From positions 480,001 through 544,000 of the forward strand of contig CAXXHO010000003.1 in NCBI GenBank assembly GCA_963667725.2: a stretch of DNA of 64,000 nucleotides, in the 5' to 3' direction. Under the pieces are notes generated by a model that saw only the letters and a list, made by a program, of their open reading frames with translations, was not told the DNA's origin and made no database searches. Each line of letters starts with the position of its first letter. Within the stretch, counting starts at the first letter, position 1. Below are positions 60,251-64,000 of the stretch, piece after piece. Made by a program: the position numbers and the translations under genes. The stretch is from Treponemataceae bacterium (GTDB taxonomy: Bacteria > Spirochaetota > Spirochaetia > Treponematales > Rectinemataceae).

Positions 60251-61495
60251 ATGAAACGAACGGTATTGGTTTTGGCTGCTCTGCTCGCCCTATGCGCGGC
60301 GGTGATCCCCGTCGCGGCCCAGACGAAGCTCAAGGTTTGGTACGCCATTTCGGGGGATTCGGGCGAAGCGTTCAAGGCGATGCTGGAAAAATACGACGCG
60401 GCGAACGACGATGTAGCGCTCGAGTATTCCTATTCGGGCAACTACGGCGACACGGCCACGAAGGTCAGCGCCGCCCTCGTCTCCAACACGGCCCCCGACG
60501 TCGCTCTGATGGCGGCGGGACCGCTCTACACGGGCGCCCGCAATGATTTCTTCATCGAAGAGAAAATCAACGAACCCGATTTCCAGAAGAACGACATCTA
60601 TCCCGGCGTATGGGACTATGCCAAATTCAACGGCAGGGTCTGCGCGGTTCCCTACGGCATCTCCACGCCGGTTCTCTACTACAACAAGGCCGTCATCGAA
60701 AAGGCAGGAATCAGCCTCAAGAATCCACCCAAGACATGGGCTGAATTCGCCCAGGTCGCCAAGACCGCCCAGGCCAAGGGCAATATCAACGGCGGCGCCG
60801 ATTTCTGGGGTTTCGATGTCACGGATGTGGGCTGGCTCTTCAAGACAATGCTCAACCAGAACGGGAACGGCGTCATCTCGGTGAAAGGCGGCAAGATCAC
60901 GCCCGCCTTCAACGATGAAAAAGCCGTCGAGGTGGCGACCTTCTGGGAAAAACTCACGGCCGATAAGCTGATGGCCGTCGGGCAGCATTCCAACGCCGAG
61001 AAGAAGTTCCTCGCCGGGAACCTGGCTTTCCTCGTGGCCACGTCGGCCAGAGTAGCCCGTTGGTCGGCCGACCCCGCGCTGAAGATCGGCGCCATTCCGA
61101 TGCCCTATTTCCAGAAACCCTCGGTAGCCCTGGGCGGCAACGTCCTCATCATCCTCAGCAAAGATCAGAAGATGAAGGAAGCTTCCTGGAAGCTCGTGAA
61201 GTACCTCGCCAGCAAGGAAAACCAGACCGCCTTCGCCTTGAAGACCGGCTATCTGCCGATACGCAAATCCGGCCTCACCCTTCCCGCTGCCGCGGCTGCG
61301 GTGGAAAAGAACGCGATGTTCTCGGTCGCCTTCGATCAGCTCGACAACAGCTGGTCATACTGGCACTTCGACCAGATGGGGACCATGGACCAGATCCTGG
61401 CGCAGACGATCGACACCATCGAGCGAAAGGTCCGCGATCCGAAAGCGGCGCTCGAGAAAGCAGCGGCTGAACTCCAGACCGAAATCGACGGCTGA
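60251..61495 (+). CDS. ABC substrate-binding protein (UgpB-like)
   Basis: Signal peptide; STPVLYYNK, PPKTWAE and TGYLP motifs. Confidence 0.92.
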   Translation: MKRTVLVLAALLALCAAVIPVAAQTKLKVWYAISGDSGEAFKAMLEKYDAANDDVALEYSYSGNYGDTATKVSAALVSNTAPDVALMAAGPLYTGARNDFFIEEKINEPDFQKNDIYPGVWDYAKFNGRVCAVPYGISTPVLYYNKAVIEKAGISLKNPPKTWAEFAQVAKTAQAKGNINGGADFWGFDVTDVGWLFKTMLNQNGNGVISVKGGKITPAFNDEKAVEVATFWEKLTADKLMAVGQHSNAEKKFLAGNLAFLVATSARVARWSADPALKIGAIPMPYFQKPSVALGGNVLIILSKDQKMKEASWKLVKYLASKENQTAFALKTGYLPIRKSGLTLPAAAAAVEKNAMFSVAFDQLDNSWSYWHFDQMGTMDQILAQTIDTIERKVRDPKAALEKAAAELQTEIDG

Positions 61496-61499
61496 TTCG

Positions 61500-62288
61500 A
61501 TGAACAAGTATTCCTTTTCCACGGCCGCGCTCTATCCGAGAAGCGCGGCCGAGAGCCTGCGCCTCATCCGGGGCGCGGGTTTCTCGCACGCCGAGCTGAT
61601 GCCCCAGTGCTTTTCCGAGGCTCGCGAGAGCTTCGCCCTGGACGCCGAGAAGTGCGGGATACATGTCGCCTCCATCCACTATCCCCTCGCCATGTTCTCC
61701 ATGCTCTACAACGCGGGGGAGGGCATGGCAGCCGAGGCGCGGAGCTTCGGAAACGGACTCGTGCGGCTCTGTTCTCGCCTCGGGGCCGAGGTCCTCGTCG
61801 TCCATCCCCATGAGCCGCAGAAAGATCCCGCGCTCCGGCTCCTCCTCGAGGAACCGATACGGCGGAATCTCCAGTTGCTGGGCGAAGCCTGCGAAAAGGC
61901 GGGCCTTACGCTCGCGATAGAGAACAACCCCAAGGGGCCGGGCAGGACACCCTCCGGCCTGCTTTCCTATATCGCCTCCCTGGAAGCGGGACCGGCGGCC
62001 TGGCCGATGGTGGATACCACCGAAGCCTGCGAGGCGGAGGAAGATCCCGCGGCCTTCATCTCGGCGGTGAAACCGCGGCACATGCATTTAAGCGACCACG
62101 CTGGCGACAAGAAGCATATTCCCGCCGGCGAAGGGGAGAACGATTGGGCCGCGATCAAGAAAGCCCTCGCGGGCTATGAAGGCTACTACACGCTCGAACC
62201 CCTCTATCGCTTCTATATCGACGAGCCGGAGAAAAAGCTCGCGAAGGCATACGACTTCATCGCCGGGCTCATGGAGGCCAACGCATGA
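61500..62288 (+). CDS. Sugar phosphate isomerase/epimerase (TIM barrel)
   Basis: LAIEN, DTT, HLSD and HIPAGEG motifs. Confidence 0.85.
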   Translation: MNKYSFSTAALYPRSAAESLRLIRGAGFSHAELMPQCFSEARESFALDAEKCGIHVASIHYPLAMFSMLYNAGEGMAAEARSFGNGLVRLCSRLGAEVLVVHPHEPQKDPALRLLLEEPIRRNLQLLGEACEKAGLTLAIENNPKGPGRTPSGLLSYIASLEAGPAAWPMVDTTEACEAEEDPAAFISAVKPRHMHLSDHAGDKKHIPAGEGENDWAAIKKALAGYEGYYTLEPLYRFYIDEPEKKLAKAYDFIAGLMEANA

Positions 62289-63298
62289 GCGAAGGCGCGT
62301 ATCCCGCTGCCAGCCTCCGGTCCATGCTCGAGGCTTTTGCTGTGGGAGATGCCTTGGGCATGGCCACCGAATTCATGACGCGGCAGGAGATTCGCGATCG
62401 TTTCGGCTTTGTGGAGGGGCTGGTCGCGCCGGAACTGTCGAAAAACCACGGCGATCTGCGCAGAGGCCAGGTTACCGATGACACGGAACAGGTTCTGGCC
62501 CTCCTGGACGAATACCTCGTCCGCGGGAGGATAGACCCGCGCGAGACGGCCGAAAGGCTCCTGCGCTGGGTGAGGGAGAGCGGCGCCATCGAAAAGCGCT
62601 ACATCGGGCCCAGCTCGAAGGCCGCCCTCCTGGCGATATCAGGCGGGGCTGATCCCGCCGTCACGGGGCTCGGCGGAACCACCTGCGGGGGCGTGATGCG
62701 CAGCCCCGCCGCCATCCTCTTCGCGCTTTGCGCCGGACTACCCCTCGAAAAAAGCGTCCATGACTGCCTTTTGCCCACGCATAATACGAGGCCAGCCCTG
62801 GAAGCGGCCACAGCCTGCGCCTACGCGTTGAGGGAAGCTCTCAGCGGCGGGGATATACCGGAAATCATGGCGGCCGCCGGCATGGGGGCTGTGGCGGGGG
62901 CCGCCCTCGCTCCCTGGAATACCTGCGGTCCGTCGCTGCTGGCTCGACTGGAGCATTTCGCGGCGGCCGAACCCGGATTCGCGAGTCCCGACGATGCCCT
63001 GGATTTCCTCTACTATGTGTACGGAACGGGACTGGAATCCGTCGACGTGGCTTCCGCGGCCCTCTGCGTCTTTTCCCGCGCGCCTCAGGATACATGGCTC
63101 TGCCTGCGGATGGGCGCTTCCGTAGGAGGCGACACCGACACCATAGCGGCTCTGGCGGGCATGCTCTCGGCGGCCTATCTTTCGGCCCGCGGGAAAAGCC
63201 ACAATATCCCTGTTGAGGCTTTGGACGACGTGATGGAATGCAACGGGCTGGATCTCGTTTCCCTGACCGACAGGCTCGTGGTGGTCGATGAGCGCTAA
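62285..63298 (+). CDS. ADP-ribosylglycohydrolase family protein
   Basis: GDALGMATE, TDDTEQ and GGDTDT motifs. Confidence 0.92.
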   Translation: MSEGAYPAASLRSMLEAFAVGDALGMATEFMTRQEIRDRFGFVEGLVAPELSKNHGDLRRGQVTDDTEQVLALLDEYLVRGRIDPRETAERLLRWVRESGAIEKRYIGPSSKAALLAISGGADPAVTGLGGTTCGGVMRSPAAILFALCAGLPLEKSVHDCLLPTHNTRPALEAATACAYALREALSGGDIPEIMAAAGMGAVAGAALAPWNTCGPSLLARLEHFAAAEPGFASPDDALDFLYYVYGTGLESVDVASAALCVFSRAPQDTWLCLRMGASVGGDTDTIAALAGMLSAAYLSARGKSHNIPVEALDDVMECNGLDLVSLTDRLVVVDER

Positions 63299-64000
63299 AA
63301 GAAAGGTTCTCCATAAAAACGCGTTCGCCTGCCTCGTCTTTCTTCCCTTCTGGGGCGTTTCCTATTCCTTGAGCTTTTTCTACCTTGGCCTCTACTTCAG
63401 GGAATTCGGCGTGAGCGACGCCCAGCTGGGTCTTCTCGTGACGGCCGGCGCAGGCGCTTCCATCGTCTTCTCCTTTCTCGCCGCGCCCATCGTGAACAGA
63501 TTGGGCCGTAGGAGAGCCACGCTCATTTTTGACCTCCTGGGCACGGCCCTGCCTTTCCTCATCTACGCGCTGCATGGAAGCTTCGTTTTCGCCCTGGCGG
63601 GCACGATTCTTTCCAACGCGAGCAGAGTGACGAATATCGGCTATTACCTTCTGATGACAGAGGATTCGGGAAACGGGGAAAGAGCGGACGCGTTCAACAT
63701 TTTCAACATAATCATCATCGCTTCGGGGCTTTTCGTGCCCGTGGCGGGAAGTTTTGTCGCGCGCGCCGGTCTGGTGCGGGCCGAACGCGTTTTCCTTTTC
63801 GTGTCGGCCGCGGTGATCGCCGGGGCGGCCTTCGGCCGAAATCATTTCGCCGTCGAAACGGCCGCGGGCAAGGCTATGATCGAGAAAACCAAGATCGGGA
63901 AGGGTAAGATCGGGAAGGGTCGCGCTGCGATACTGGGCTCCTATGAGGCCGCCCTGCGCTTCATCCGCGCGGACAGGGCTGCGGCGGCCGCCGTCGCCGC
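63288..64000 (+). CDS. MFS transporter (runs off the window)
   Basis: Starts MSAKRKVLHKNAFACLVFLPFWG; NRLGRRR motif A; hydrophobic. Confidence 0.8.
   Translation, partial: MSAKRKVLHKNAFACLVFLPFWGVSYSLSFFYLGLYFREFGVSDAQLGLLVTAGAGASIVFSFLAAPIVNRLGRRRATLIFDLLGTALPFLIYALHGSFVFALAGTILSNASRVTNIGYYLLMTEDSGNGERADAFNIFNIIIIASGLFVPVAGSFVARAGLVRAERVFLFVSAAVIAGAAFGRNHFAVETAAGKAMIEKTKIGKGKIGKGRAAILGSYEAALRFIRADRAAAAAVA

Noticed and set aside
63891..63920. 15-bp tandem duplication AAGATCGGGAAGGGT
   Set aside because: In-frame slippage in an MFS loop with no further structure.

Overview
GC-rich chromosomal housekeeping and sugar-catabolism blocks (1-14.7 kb and 54.3-64 kb) flank a ~39.4 kb integrated element. 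A spirochaete host (Treponema/Rectinema-like) is inferred from CarD-ispDF synteny, lipoprotein signals and attC type. The element (14782-54215) is bounded by a 15-bp direct repeat of the tRNA-Glu(CTC) 3' end, with a tyrosine integrase beside the tRNA. It has a phage-like early region (CI-like repressor, AbrB-like protein, two tRNA-like genes, RusA, ParB, SSB-like protein, iteron-bearing replication initiator) but no recognisable capsid, terminase, tail or conjugation genes. It also carries two integron-type cassette arrays without intI, holding DUF4297-HerA, a kinase three-gene cassette, cyclase-like and NucC-like genes, Fic, and an IS1634 inside an attC. The most striking signal is a solo Cas7/RAMP-like gene (27928-28548, minus strand) followed by a non-coding tract of GGY-NN pentamers ending in hairpins, with no CRISPR array. 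Read as NN-skip-one, the variable dinucleotides spell a diverged version of the element's own SSB-like gene, suggesting an RNA-guided system aimed at related elements. All family assignments come from motif recognition by eye; no database searches were run.
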